A DNA stretch of 64,000 bases from Bacillota bacterium (GCA_050952125.1 JBMNKK010000003.1:111408-175407), one strand, 5' to 3'; positions 48,007 to 57,856 are shown, numbered from the stretch's first letter. Numbers and translations are program-made. The notes: a model not told the origin generated them from the letters alone.

Positions 48007-49188
48007 CTACTTTGCCCTCCAGGCCTTTAGTTCCCGGAGACCTTCCTCGAGTGCTTCCACTGCGCATGATATATCTTCTTGAGTAGTGTATCTCGACATG
48101 GAAAACCTGATGGCCGACAGTGCCTCGTCTTCGCTTCGCCCCAGAGCCATAATGACCGGGCTGGGACGCGTTTTGTGCGATGAGCAGGCTGAACCTGTCG
48201 ATACGAAGACGTTCCTTCCTTCAAGAGCGTGAAGGACGCTTTCACCCTTGAATCCGGGGAACGAGAAGTGGACTATGTACGGCGCGACGTCTACTTCTTC
48301 GGGCCCGTGAAGGACGGCTTCAGGGAAGACTCCGCGTACGCCTTCTATGAGCTGCCGGCGGAGCATGGCGAGACGTGAGAGCACCTCTTCCCTGTCCTTG
48401 GCCCATATATCGCACGCGACGCCGAAGCCTCGTATTCCGGGCACGTTCTCAGTTCCCGAACGGTAGCCGCTTTCCTGTCCGCCTCCGAAAATGAGAGGTC
48501 CGAGGTTGATCCCTTTTCTTATGTAAAGCGCTCCTACACCTTTTGCCCCGTGGATCTTGTGGGCGCTCATGCTCATTAGGTCTACGCCCCAGTCCTTTAC
48601 GTCGATAGGAAGGCGTGCGAATCCCTGAATCGCGTCTACATGAAACTTGGGACGTCTCGAGCCCAGAGAAGCGATCCTCCGGCCGATCTCCCGGCAAGGC
48701 TGAATGCTCCCTATCTCATTCTGGACGAGCATAACCGAAACGAGCGCCGTGTCGGAATCGATGGCGTCCATCACCTCATCGGGGTCTATGAAGCCTTGCT
48801 CGTCAACGCCGATGAGGTCGACTTCGTACCCTTCTTCGTGAAGGTGGTCGAGCATGGCGATTACTGAGGGATGCTCAACCGTTGTCGCGATCAGGCGCGC
48901 TCCCTTGCCCTTGGCCTTTGCTGCTCCCGCTATGGCCCAGTTGTTGGCCTCGGTTCCCCCGGAGGTGAAGTAGATCTCGCCTGCACTGGCACCAATCAGG
49001 CGGGCTACGCTCTCCCGGGCCTCTTCGATGATGCCCTCTGCCCGGGCTCCCAACCGGTGAAGCGATGAGGGGTTGCCAAAATCCTCCTCAAATACTTTGA
49101 CGACGGCCTCGACAACACGCCTGTCAGGTTTCGTGGTTGATGAGTTGTCAAGATAAACGAGGTTTCCAGCTCCATTTGGTTTCAGCAA
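48007..49188 (-). CDS. iscS: cysteine desulfurase (NifS/IscS family, NifZ-like position)
   Basis: YLDNSSTT, GNPSSLH, SGGTEANN, SAHKIHG, RSGTENV, STGSACSS; directly upstream of thiI. Confidence 0.9.
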   Translation of the reverse strand: MLKPNGAGNLVYLDNSSTTKPDRRVVEAVVKVFEEDFGNPSSLHRLGARAEGIIEEARESVARLIGASAGEIYFTSGGTEANNWAIAGAAKAKGKGARLIATTVEHPSVIAMLDHLHEEGYEVDLIGVDEQGFIDPDEVMDAIDSDTALVSVMLVQNEIGSIQPCREIGRRIASLGSRRPKFHVDAIQGFARLPIDVKDWGVDLMSMSAHKIHGAKGVGALYIRKGINLGPLIFGGGQESGYRSGTENVPGIRGFGVACDIWAKDREEVLSRLAMLRRQLIEGVRGVFPEAVLHGPEEVDVAPYIVHFSFPGFKGESVLHALEGRNVFVSTGSACSSHKTRPSPVIMALGRSEDEALSAIRFSMSRYTTQEDISCAVEALEEGLRELKAWRAK

Positions 49189-49256
49189 TGAAACTCCCCC
49201 GCTCGTATTGGTACGGCATCTTTACCATCATAGCATGACGCCGTGCGCTCGGAACG

Positions 49257-50048
49257 ATGTACAATATCAAGGTGCGGAGGTGGCTCGACTTGGCGAGAGA
49301 CCAGGCCTGGTGGCTATACAAGCCTCTTGGGCAGGCGATAAGCGATTACAGCATGATACAGGCTGGCGATACCGTTCTCTTGGGTATCTCGGGAGGAAAA
49401 GACAGCCTCCTTATGGCCTATATGCTTGATAAACTGAGGAGGCGCTCGCCTCAGAAGTTCAGCCTTGCGGCGATCACGATAAACCCTGGGGACCCGTCAG
49501 GCTTCACAGATGATGAATTGGGCACGATCCGCGGCTTCATGGAATCTATGGATATACCGTATCATGTTGTGCCGACGGTCATTGCCAAAATAGTTGAGAA
49601 CTACCCCTCGAAAAAGAATGCTTGCAGCCTATGCTCCAATCTGCGCCGGGGTGCGCTCCACAAAGCGGCAAATGAGCTCGGATACAAGAAGGTGGCGCTC
49701 GCACACCACCTCGACGATGCCATAGAGACACTCTTTCTGAACATGTTTTATCAATCGAGTTTGAGGTGCTTTGCCCCCTCGACTCACCTCACTAGGCGAG
49801 ATGTGTATGCCATAAGGCCGCTCATATACATCTCTGAGAAAGACATAGCGAGGGCAACCCAGAGCCTCGGCTTGCCGGTGATCAAGACCAGATGTCCCGT
49901 TGCGGGAACCACTCGAAGGCAAAAGATGAAGAACCTTGTGACCTCTCTGTCTAGGGACATACCCCAGCTCAGAAATCATGTTAGGAGCGTCCTCGTGAAG
50001 AGCGTTTGGAACCGCGGGCCTCACCTCATCCAGAGAGAAGACGGCTAA
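49257..50048 (+). CDS. ttcA: TtcA-family tRNA 2-thiolation protein
   Basis: SGGKDS PP-loop, CSLC, HHLDD, IRPL, CP. Confidence 0.8.
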   Translation: MYNIKVRRWLDLARDQAWWLYKPLGQAISDYSMIQAGDTVLLGISGGKDSLLMAYMLDKLRRRSPQKFSLAAITINPGDPSGFTDDELGTIRGFMESMDIPYHVVPTVIAKIVENYPSKKNACSLCSNLRRGALHKAANELGYKKVALAHHLDDAIETLFLNMFYQSSLRCFAPSTHLTRRDVYAIRPLIYISEKDIARATQSLGLPVIKTRCPVAGTTRRQKMKNLVTSLSRDIPQLRNHVRSVLVKSVWNRGPHLIQREDG

Positions 50049-50718
50049 TAGCCTTTATCCCCTTCTTCCTGTCCTTTCGAGAAGACGCCAGGAGAAAGGC
50101 GTACCTCAAGTCGCGGACTTCGAGAGTCAGCCTCCGGACCTGCTGCATCAGGTGCAGCACCAACTCGCGCTCTGAGACAGCGCCGGTGGCGATCTCCCTC
50201 CTCAAGTCCAGCAAGATTTCCCGCAGCGTCGCCTCGGATAGGGACGGCAGGGCGTGCGGCGACTCCCTCACGGAGAACGCAGCATGTGCGTGGGATGCGG
50301 CAGGTGTGTACGATGAAGCAGGCTCAGAATCATTAGCCGGCGCTTCTTCATCCGGCTGCACTACCGGAGGCACGCATCTGGCCTCAGCGGTTTCGGTGGC
50401 TTCGGCTGCTGACGAGCGCGCTGTTTCGGCTGCCTGCTGCATGCGGGCGAGGACCTCGTCGGGCCAACCTGCTTCTTCGGTCAACTGTGACACGTTCTCG
50501 CGGATCATGTCGTCGGGTATCCCCTGCTGCCTCACGAACTGCACTCGCTCGAGCACGGGTACCATATCCGGGCTGACGCTAGGATGGGATACGTCCAACC
50601 CCAAGACATCGCTGAAAGTCTTCCTGAAGTCTCTGAGGGCATTCTTATCGAGGCCCAGGCGCTCGCCGATGTCTGCCCACAGGATCTTGTTCGCATCGGT
50701 ATAGGTATTGCCAGACAT
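50026..50718 (-). CDS. hypothetical HTH + coiled-coil protein, RacA-like architecture
   Basis: GGAGGGG RBS; MerR-like N-terminus, Ala/Pro/Ser linker, coiled coil, basic/amphipathic tail RKKGIKAISRLLSG. Confidence 0.65.
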   Translation of the reverse strand: MSGNTYTDANKILWADIGERLGLDKNALRDFRKTFSDVLGLDVSHPSVSPDMVPVLERVQFVRQQGIPDDMIRENVSQLTEEAGWPDEVLARMQQAAETARSSAAEATETAEARCVPPVVQPDEEAPANDSEPASSYTPAASHAHAAFSVRESPHALPSLSEATLREILLDLRREIATGAVSERELVLHLMQQVRRLTLEVRDLRYAFLLASSRKDRKKGIKAISRLLSG

Positions 50719-50751
50719 GGCTGCCCCTCCCAAGAAACCCAGTAATTACAT

Positions 50752-50778
50752 ATTCTCGCCTCTTGGCCGAATTCCTTC
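50752..50778 (-). promoter_or_regulatory. sigH promoter
   Basis: Minus strand gaAGGAatt...GAAT with AGGA-N17-GAAT spacing. Confidence 0.7.
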
Positions 50779-50890
50779 ACGTTCGGGAGTTGTACTACTC
50801 TGTGTTACCACAATTAGTGAATTGTGTTAGACTTACTCCTGGTGATCGTGCTTCGCTCCAAAACACCATAGGAAGGTGCGGACATTACGC

Positions 50891-52993
50891 ATGAGTGACT
50901 TAAGATCGCTGATTCACCCCAAGTCAGTGGCCGTTATCGGCGCCTCTAAGACCCCCGGAAAGATTGGTTACGCGGTAATAGAGAATATTAAGGCTAGCGG
51001 ATTTACCGGAGAGGTCTACCCCATCAACCCCAAGGAGCAGGAGATTGCAGGTTACAAGGCTTACCCCAACGTACGCGAAGTCGGCAAGCCCATCGACGTA
51101 GCGGTATTCTGCGTCCCCGCCGCGGCATCTGTGGCGGTTGCAGAGGACTGCGGAAAGGCCGGAGTAAAGCACCTCATCGTTATCACGGCCGGCTTCAAGG
51201 AAGTTGGAGGAGAAGGCAAGAAACTGGAGCAGGATCTCATCGCCGTAGCTAAGAAGTACGGTATGAGGATCACCGGCCCCAACAACCTTGGAGTAATGGA
51301 TACGCATACGCCCATCAATGCGACATTCGCCAAGGATATGGCCCTTAAGGGCAACATCGCCTTCATATCCCAGTCGGGCGCCCTGTGCGTGGCGATTCTT
51401 GACTGGAGTCTGCAGCGCGGCCTTGGGTTCAGCCAGTTCATAAGCATCGGAAACAAGGCTGACCTCAACGAAGCAGACTTTATCGAAGCAGCTGCCGATG
51501 ACCCCAACACCAAGGTAATCTGTCTCTATCTCGAAGATGTGGTTAACGGTGACAGGTTTATCGAGGCGGCCCGCAAGGCGACCAAGAAGGTTCCAGTAAT
51601 TGTCTTCAAGTCAGGCATCACCGCTGCCGGAGCCAAAGCGGCGTCATCGCACACCGGAGCTCTTGCAGGTTCCAACACTGCTTATGATGCTGCTCTAAGG
51701 CATGCAGGCGTGATTCGCGCCGAGACCATGACAGAGCTCTTTGACCTGGCTATCGCATTTACAACGCAGCCGGTGCCGAAGGGTAAGAACGTTGTCGTGG
51801 TCACGAACTCAGGCGGACCGGGCATTGTAGCTTCCGACTCAGTTGAGACAAACGGCCTCAAGATGGCCAAGCTGAGCGACCACATAGTGAAGGAACTCGG
51901 CGAGAAGCTGCCTCCGGCAGCCAATATCCACAACCCGGTCGACGTGGTTGGTGACGCCAAGTCCGACAGGTACAAGATCGCTCTCGACATAGTTATGAAA
52001 GACCCGGCTGTCGATGCAGTTGTGGTCCTCTTGAGCCCCACCGCGCCCCTCAATATCGTTGAGGCCGCCCAGTACACCATAGATGCGGCGAAGGCCAACC
52101 CCGAGAAGGCAGTGGTTGCATCGTTCATCGGCGGTGCCAAGCTGGAGGCGGGCGTGAAACTACTTAATGAGAACGGCATACCCGTGTATCCCTTCCCCGA
52201 GCCCGCTGTAGCCACCCTTCGCGGCATGATAAGGTTTGGCGAGCTCCGCAGGGAAGTTGAGAAGAGCACCGAGTGGACCTTCTCCGACGTCCAGAAGGAC
52301 AAAGTGGCGGCCATCTTCGAGAAGGTCCGTGCCGACGGCCGCGACCTCCTCCTTGGGCCCGAAGCGGCCGAAGTTGCCGAGCTGTACAAGATTCCCGCTG
52401 CTCCGTCCAGACTTGCAGGCGACGAGAACGCAGCGGCAGCTGCGGCTGAAGCTCTTGGCTTCCCCGTGGTCATGAAGATAGCCTCTCCCGACATCATGCA
52501 CAAGACCGATGTCGGCGGAGTTAAGGTCGGCCTCAAGACGAAGGAAGAAGTCGTCGAGGCTTTCAAGGCCATCATGGAGAGTTCCAAGAAAGCCGTTCCC
52601 GACGCCAAGATCTACGGCGTGGAAGTTCAGAAAATGATGCCCAAGGGCGACGAGCTCATCATAGGTATGGCTATGGACCCGACGTTCGGGCCGATGATCG
52701 CCTTCGGTTCAGGCGGAATCCTGGTGAACCTCTTGCAGGATGCCTCCTTCAGACTGGCCAGAGGGCTGTCCAAGTCGGAGATTGAGGAAATGATAACGGA
52801 GACCAAGGCGTATACTCTCCTTAAGGGATTCCGCGGGGCTGCCCCCGACGATATCCCTGCCCTGGTCGAAGCTATCGGGCGTGTCGCTCAGCTTTGCAGG
52901 GACTTCCCTGAGATATCTGAGCTCGACGTGAACCCCGTCTTTGCTTACGCCAAAGGCCTCTCGGCTCTGGACGTCAAGATCAGGATCAAGTAG
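50891..52993 (+). CDS. acetate/acyl-CoA ligase (ADP-forming), fused alpha-beta
   Basis: PKSVAVIGAS, GPNNLG, SQSGA, SHTGALAG (phospho-His), NPVD, HKTDVGGV, ELDVNP; no GNAT domain; alternative start 50876. Confidence 0.9.
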   Translation: MSDLRSLIHPKSVAVIGASKTPGKIGYAVIENIKASGFTGEVYPINPKEQEIAGYKAYPNVREVGKPIDVAVFCVPAAASVAVAEDCGKAGVKHLIVITAGFKEVGGEGKKLEQDLIAVAKKYGMRITGPNNLGVMDTHTPINATFAKDMALKGNIAFISQSGALCVAILDWSLQRGLGFSQFISIGNKADLNEADFIEAAADDPNTKVICLYLEDVVNGDRFIEAARKATKKVPVIVFKSGITAAGAKAASSHTGALAGSNTAYDAALRHAGVIRAETMTELFDLAIAFTTQPVPKGKNVVVVTNSGGPGIVASDSVETNGLKMAKLSDHIVKELGEKLPPAANIHNPVDVVGDAKSDRYKIALDIVMKDPAVDAVVVLLSPTAPLNIVEAAQYTIDAAKANPEKAVVASFIGGAKLEAGVKLLNENGIPVYPFPEPAVATLRGMIRFGELRREVEKSTEWTFSDVQKDKVAAIFEKVRADGRDLLLGPEAAEVAELYKIPAAPSRLAGDENAAAAAAEALGFPVVMKIASPDIMHKTDVGGVKVGLKTKEEVVEAFKAIMESSKKAVPDAKIYGVEVQKMMPKGDELIIGMAMDPTFGPMIAFGSGGILVNLLQDASFRLARGLSKSEIEEMITETKAYTLLKGFRGAAPDDIPALVEAIGRVAQLCRDFPEISELDVNPVFAYAKGLSALDVKIRIK

Positions 52994-53096
52994 GGCCGCG
53001 GCCGACGGTTCAGCAATCGGTTGTAGCTCCAATGGACGGCTGCCTGCACTTTAGGCAGCCGTCCCTGCAACGACAGCGAAGGGGGCCTTTTGAGGC

Positions 53097-53297
53097 ATGT
53101 TCAGGTATGAGGAAGACGCTGAAGAGGTCATCCGCGGCGAGCGCGAAGTCAAGGCGAGTCGCGCCGGGAGGAAAACGACTTTGCGGAAGGCAAAGGCTAG
53201 AACTGCGAGAACGGCTAAACCGAAAAACCCTCTCGGCACCGATGCCAAGAACTACAACGATGAGATACCGGACCCTGACCTCTTTATCCCCGAGTAA
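53097..53297 (+). CDS. small hypothetical protein with K/R/A/T-rich middle
   Basis: Fills the gap between acd and PHP; GAGG just upstream; acidic-basic-acidic layout. Confidence 0.5.
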   Translation: MFRYEEDAEEVIRGEREVKASRAGRKTTLRKAKARTARTAKPKNPLGTDAKNYNDEIPDPDLFIPE

Positions 53298-53343
53298 GCT
53301 CCGCGGCGAATTCCAGCTGGACTAAAACGGCTGCCTCGCCTCA

Positions 53344-54210
53344 CTAGCGGCCGGCAGCGGATCTCAGCTGAGATACCACCTCGTAAGGCACGACAACACT
53401 TCCCAGGTCTGCTCCTTCGCTGGCGGCGAGGCCGTGGAAGTCGGAGCCGCCAGTGACTATGAGATCGTGTTCTTCTGCCATGGCCAAGCATCTCTGCCTC
53501 ATCTTGGGTCCGTGTTCGGGGTGATAAGCTTCAATGCCCATGAGGCCGTTCTCGACCAGCACGGAGATCTGCCCAAGGGCTCTAGAGGTGCCCGGATGCG
53601 CCCAGACCGGTACTCCTCCCGCCTCGCGAAGCGTCCTTACCGATTGAACGGGCTCGAGGTGGAACCGCTCCACGTAGCCGGGTCTGCCTATCCCTAGGAA
53701 GCGGTCGAAAGCGTCTTTGACGGACGTGGCGTAACCTTGTTCAATCATTGCCTGAGCGATATGCGGCCGGCCCACGGACTCTCCCGAAGAGAATTCGAAG
53801 ACCCTCTTTTCGTCCAGCGGCATTCCGATGGAGTTCAGTTTCTCAATGGTACGCGATACCCGCTCTTTACGCGAGTCTCTCAGCCGTGCCAGGAGGTCTT
53901 CCAGCGGGCTCGGGCCTAGGGGGATGAAGTACCCCAGGATGTGGAGTTCTCTCCCCTTCCATTCGCTGTTGATCTCTACCGCGGGCACAATCTCTACGCC
54001 TTCTATCACGTCAATGCCGCTAGGCGTCTTCTGCAAAGAGCGTACTCCCGCTGTGGTGTCGTGGTCGGCTATCGCAATGGCTCTGAGACCCCTGTCACGC
54101 GCAAGCGCGACAAGCTCCCAGGGTGATAATGACCCATCTGAGGCTGTGGAGTGGGTGTGAAGGTCACATGAGTCCCTTGTCTGTATGTTGCTGCTAATCT
54201 CTGGGGCCAA
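53344..54210 (-). CDS. PHP-domain phosphoesterase (TrpH/YciV-like)
   Basis: DLHTHSTASDG, IADHD, HILGY, GRPHIA, AHP, TGGSDFHG. Confidence 0.9.
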   Translation of the reverse strand: MAPEISSNIQTRDSCDLHTHSTASDGSLSPWELVALARDRGLRAIAIADHDTTAGVRSLQKTPSGIDVIEGVEIVPAVEINSEWKGRELHILGYFIPLGPSPLEDLLARLRDSRKERVSRTIEKLNSIGMPLDEKRVFEFSSGESVGRPHIAQAMIEQGYATSVKDAFDRFLGIGRPGYVERFHLEPVQSVRTLREAGGVPVWAHPGTSRALGQISVLVENGLMGIEAYHPEHGPKMRQRCLAMAEEHDLIVTGGSDFHGLAASEGADLGSVVVPYEVVSQLRSAAGR

Positions 54211-54496
54211 CGATGAGCTTTATCGCCGTGCGTTCCTGGCCGTCAATTAAGATGTCGGTAAAGGCGGGAACACAGACCAAGTCGGTGCCACTGGGAGCTA
54301 CAAAACCGCGCGCAATAGCCACTGCCTTTATGGCTTGGTTCACTGCGCCCGCGCCTATCCCTTGTATCTCCGCATAGCCTCGCTCTCTTATGACTCCCGC
54401 AAGAGCGCCCGCGACCGCATTGGGATTGGACCTAGACGAGACCTTGAGCACTTCGACCGCTGGTATTTCGTTACGGTCTACGTTGCTTACTCCCAC
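54194..54496 (-). CDS. spoVS: stage V sporulation protein S
   Basis: EVLKVSSRSNPNAVAGALAG...GAGAVNQAIKAVAIARGFVAPSG; likely GTG54496. Confidence 0.95.
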   Translation of the reverse strand: MGVSNVDRNEIPAVEVLKVSSRSNPNAVAGALAGVIRERGYAEIQGIGAGAVNQAIKAVAIARGFVAPSGTDLVCVPAFTDILIDGQERTAIKLIVGPRD

Positions 54497-54565
54497 GTTA
54501 ATCCCCCCACATGGCTTCGTGACAGAAGTTGTATGAGACATCAGTTTATTGGCAGTTCATCCTCA

Positions 54566-54594
54566 ATTCTAAAGGCGGCTGTTCTATTTGGCAA
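54566..54594 (-). promoter_or_regulatory. sigA-like promoter for spoVS
   Basis: Minus strand TTGCCA-N17-TAGAAT. Confidence 0.55.
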
Positions 54595-54629
54595 GGGGAA
54601 TATTGTATTGCGAGCACAATGACGGTTTC

Positions 54630-55409
54630 CTACTCCTTGATCATAATACGCTCTATCGACTGGGCCGCGCCGCGGTTGTCTATCGCACAGAACACGCCGT
54701 TAAGCTGGCGCTTTCCCTTTGCCGGCTCATGCCGCACAGGCAGCTGCGTGAGAAAGTGCTTCAGGATGATTTCCTTCTTCACGCCTATCACGCCCTCACG
54801 GCTTCCGGTCATTCCGGCATCGGTGATGTAGGCGGTTCCGCCCGGAAGGATGGTCTCGTCGGCCGTCTGAACGTGAGTGTGCGTGCCGAAGAGCGCGCTC
54901 ACGCGCCCGTCAACGTAGAATCCCGCGGAGATCTTTTCTGAAGTCGCCTCTGCGTGAAAATCTACGATCACGATGGGAGTGGTCATCTTGAGCTGGGCAA
55001 TCTCGGAATCCAACGCCTTGAAGGGGCAGTCGAGATTCTGCGGTGAAAAAACCCGCCCGCAAACGCTGATGACGCCTACGAGCTGGCCGTTCTTCGCCTG
55101 AAAAACTCCGGAGCCTCTGCCGGGCACGCCAGCCGGGTAGTTCGACGGCCTGAGAACCCGCTTTTCCGAATCAAGGTAGGGGTAGATCTCCTTCTTGTCC
55201 CAGATATGATTTCCTGACGTCATGGCATCGACGCCTAAGCCGAACATCTCCTCAGCCACATCCGGAGTAAGCCCCGCCCCGCCTGCGGCGTTTTCGCAGT
55301 TGACCAAAACGAAATCGGCACTGTACTTCTCGATAATGCCGGGCAGGCAGAGAGCTAAGAACTCCCTGCCCGGCGATCCGAATACGTCTCCTATGAAAAC
55401 AAGGTTCAC
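54630..55409 (-). CDS. ymdB: YmdB-family metallophosphoesterase
   Basis: FIGDVFG, NCENAAGG, TSGNHIWD, DFHAEATSEK, GTHTHVQTAD, TDAGMTG. Confidence 0.93.
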   Translation of the reverse strand: MNLVFIGDVFGSPGREFLALCLPGIIEKYSADFVLVNCENAAGGAGLTPDVAEEMFGLGVDAMTSGNHIWDKKEIYPYLDSEKRVLRPSNYPAGVPGRGSGVFQAKNGQLVGVISVCGRVFSPQNLDCPFKALDSEIAQLKMTTPIVIVDFHAEATSEKISAGFYVDGRVSALFGTHTHVQTADETILPGGTAYITDAGMTGSREGVIGVKKEIILKHFLTQLPVRHEPAKGKRQLNGVFCAIDNRGAAQSIERIMIKE

Positions 55410-55422
55410 TGCACGATCAGCC

Positions 55423-55977
55423 TCACTTGTCGAAAACCAAGACCCTTTCCCCTTCTCGAAGAGCCACGAGTTTGCGGGTGCTCTCCAGGTTCCGGACTTG
55501 GTTTATCATGTCCTGAAGGAAGACGCGAGCCGACATTCCCAGTTCTTCTGCAGCATCCGGGAACTCAGCGTCTTCGGATGCGTATATAACTTCCACTTTG
55601 TCCTCAATGAGCTCAACTGTCAGATTGAGTTCGCCGGGGGTCAGCGATGCCACATCGCGTTCGGCCACGAAGCTGTAGAAGTCATCCATCTTCTCCCACG
55701 AGCACTCCTTCACCGATGCCCTGTTACCGACGATATCGTGGTAGACGCTCAGGGACTCCAGGTACGATTTGCATATGCTGTCTCGTGCCCGTTTCCCGAT
55801 GGGTCCCCGGCATAAGAAAGCCATGTTCAAAGCCTTCTTCTTCGGATCGAAAGTCACCCTGGAGATCTGAGGGTAAGCTACCAGGAGAGTAGCCAGAATC
55901 TCCACATCCTTGTGAGACGGCTTTATCATTCTTCCAGGGGGCTTTCCCCCATTTCCTGCGGGTGCTCTTTTGGCCAA
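55423..55977 (-). CDS. conserved-looking hypothetical protein between rny and ymdB
   Basis: AAGGAG RBS, tight spacing in the operon, globular composition ending LVALREGERVLVFDK. Confidence 0.75.
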   Translation of the reverse strand: MAKRAPAGNGGKPPGRMIKPSHKDVEILATLLVAYPQISRVTFDPKKKALNMAFLCRGPIGKRARDSICKSYLESLSVYHDIVGNRASVKECSWEKMDDFYSFVAERDVASLTPGELNLTVELIEDKVEVIYASEDAEFPDAAEELGMSARVFLQDMINQVRNLESTRKLVALREGERVLVFDK

Positions 55978-56004
55978 TCGGTATCTCTCCTTGTCTTTCC
56001 TCGG

Positions 56005-57534
56005 TTACTTGGCGTAACCAACCGCCCTTGTCTCTCTAACGACGATCACCTTTATCTGTCCGGGGTACTCGATGTCCTTCTCTATCTTCTTTACGATGTC
56101 CCTGGCGAGGCGCACGGCCCCAAGGTCGTCGATTTTCTCGGGCTTCACCATAATCCTAATCTCGCGGCCGGCTTGGATCGCGAAAGACTTGTCGACGCCC
56201 TCAAACGAGTTGGCGATCTCTTCTAGTTTCTCCAAGCGCTTCAGGTACATCTCCAGAGTCTCTCGGCGCGCGCCGGGCCTTGCGGCCGAAATGGCGTCTG
56301 CGGCCGCCACCAGGAATGCTTCGATTGACTGCGCTTCCACGTCGCCGTGGTGTGCCTCAACGGCCCTTATGATGTCGTGAGACTCGCGGTATCTCCTGAG
56401 CAGATTGACGCCGATGGCGACGTGCGATCCTTCTACCTCGTGATCGACAGCTTTGCCGATGTCGTGTAGAAGTCCCGCTCTCTTCGCTATCGCTACGTCG
56501 GAACCCAGTTCACTAGCCATGCTGGCAGCCAAGTGGGCTACTTCAATCGAGTGTTTCAGCACATTCTGGCCGTAGCTGGTTCTGAACTTGAGGCGGCCTA
56601 TGAGTTTCACCAACTCAGGATGCAAGCCGTGCACGCCAAGGTTCAGAGCTGCCTGCTCGCCCTCCTGTTTGATGAGATTGTCCACGTCCTTCTGGGCCTT
56701 CTCCACCATTTCCTCAATGCGTGCCGGATGGATACGGCCGTCTGACACCAGGCGCTCCAGCGCCAGCCTCGCCACCTCGCGGCGGATGGGGTCGAACCCC
56801 GACAGGATGACCGCTTCGGGCGTATCGTCGATAATGAGGTCAATTCCCGTCAGTGTCTCAAGAGCCCTGATGTTCCTGCCCTCGCGCCCTATGATGCGTC
56901 CCTTCATCTCATCGTTAGGAAGCTCGACGACCGACACCGTATTCTCGGCCACGTGGTCTGCCGCGCATCTCTGGATGGCCAGGCTCACGATGCTTCTCGC
57001 CTTGCTGTCGGCTTCCTCTCTTGCCTGAGATTCGGCGTCGCGCACCATCCTCGCCGTTTCTTCCTTGAGCGCGTCTCTGACCTCTCCCAAGATGCGTTCC
57101 CTAGCTTCTTCCCTTGGGAGCCCGGAGATCCGCTCCAGCTCCTTCATGGCCTCTTCGCGCAAGGCATCCAAGGCTTTGGTCTTTTCGGACAGAGCCTTCT
57201 CTTGCCTTGAGAGGTTTTCTTCTTTCTGGCTGAACAGCTCTTGGCGCCTGTCCAGAGACTCTTCTTTGTTTATGAGGCGCCTCTCGGTGCGCTGCAGTTC
57301 CTGCCTGCGTTCTCGAACCTCGCGCTCCAGCTCGTCCCTCAGCCTCCCTGCTTCGTCTCTAGCCTCAAGCAGGATTTCACGCTTCTTCGTGTCAGCGGAC
57401 TTGACTGCTTCCGCGACTATTCTTCTGGCCTCTTCTTCAGCCGACTTGATCTTTGCTTCTCCAACAGCCCTGCGGATAAGGTATCCGATCGCGAAACCTA
57501 CCAGCAAAGCTGCTACAGGTGCTATCCACTGCAT
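56005..57534 (-). CDS. rny: ribonuclease Y
   Basis: N-terminal TM, coiled coil, KH ([13 protein letters not shown]), HD (LLHDIGKA), [13 protein letters not shown]. Confidence 0.97.
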   Translation of the reverse strand: MQWIAPVAALLVGFAIGYLIRRAVGEAKIKSAEEEARRIVAEAVKSADTKKREILLEARDEAGRLRDELEREVRERRQELQRTERRLINKEESLDRRQELFSQKEENLSRQEKALSEKTKALDALREEAMKELERISGLPREEARERILGEVRDALKEETARMVRDAESQAREEADSKARSIVSLAIQRCAADHVAENTVSVVELPNDEMKGRIIGREGRNIRALETLTGIDLIIDDTPEAVILSGFDPIRREVARLALERLVSDGRIHPARIEEMVEKAQKDVDNLIKQEGEQAALNLGVHGLHPELVKLIGRLKFRTSYGQNVLKHSIEVAHLAASMASELGSDVAIAKRAGLLHDIGKAVDHEVEGSHVAIGVNLLRRYRESHDIIRAVEAHHGDVEAQSIEAFLVAAADAISAARPGARRETLEMYLKRLEKLEEIANSFEGVDKSFAIQAGREIRIMVKPEKIDDLGAVRLARDIVKKIEKDIEYPGQIKVIVVRETRAVGYAK

Positions 57535-57856
57535 CAAGGTCACCTCCTCCAAGAAACGCGAAAAGCCAGATAGCCACCGGCGTATCTGGCCGCGGACGCT
57601 TATCTTCAGCCGAAATTGGACGCGAAACCGCGAGTTTCTTCCCTTGTGTTATGTCCTCATGTCAACAGTAAACCAAACCACAGGTCGGGCCGCCTTAGGA
57701 AGTGCGGCCTCAGCGAAGAATCTCGCAACGCTCCAATCGAAACGCCACTCGGCAACCCCTGGAGGTTGCCTATAGCGCGCACTGTTCTGGTTTCCAAAAA
57801 CCAAGTTAGTTCGGTCATAGAAGGTATTCGTCTCTTATGCCAGAATGTCCGGCCGG

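Noticed and set aside
50891-52993. Protein lysine acetyltransferase (Pat/PatZ) call for the acyl-CoA ligase
   Set aside because: No GNAT domain and the catalytic His motifs are retained
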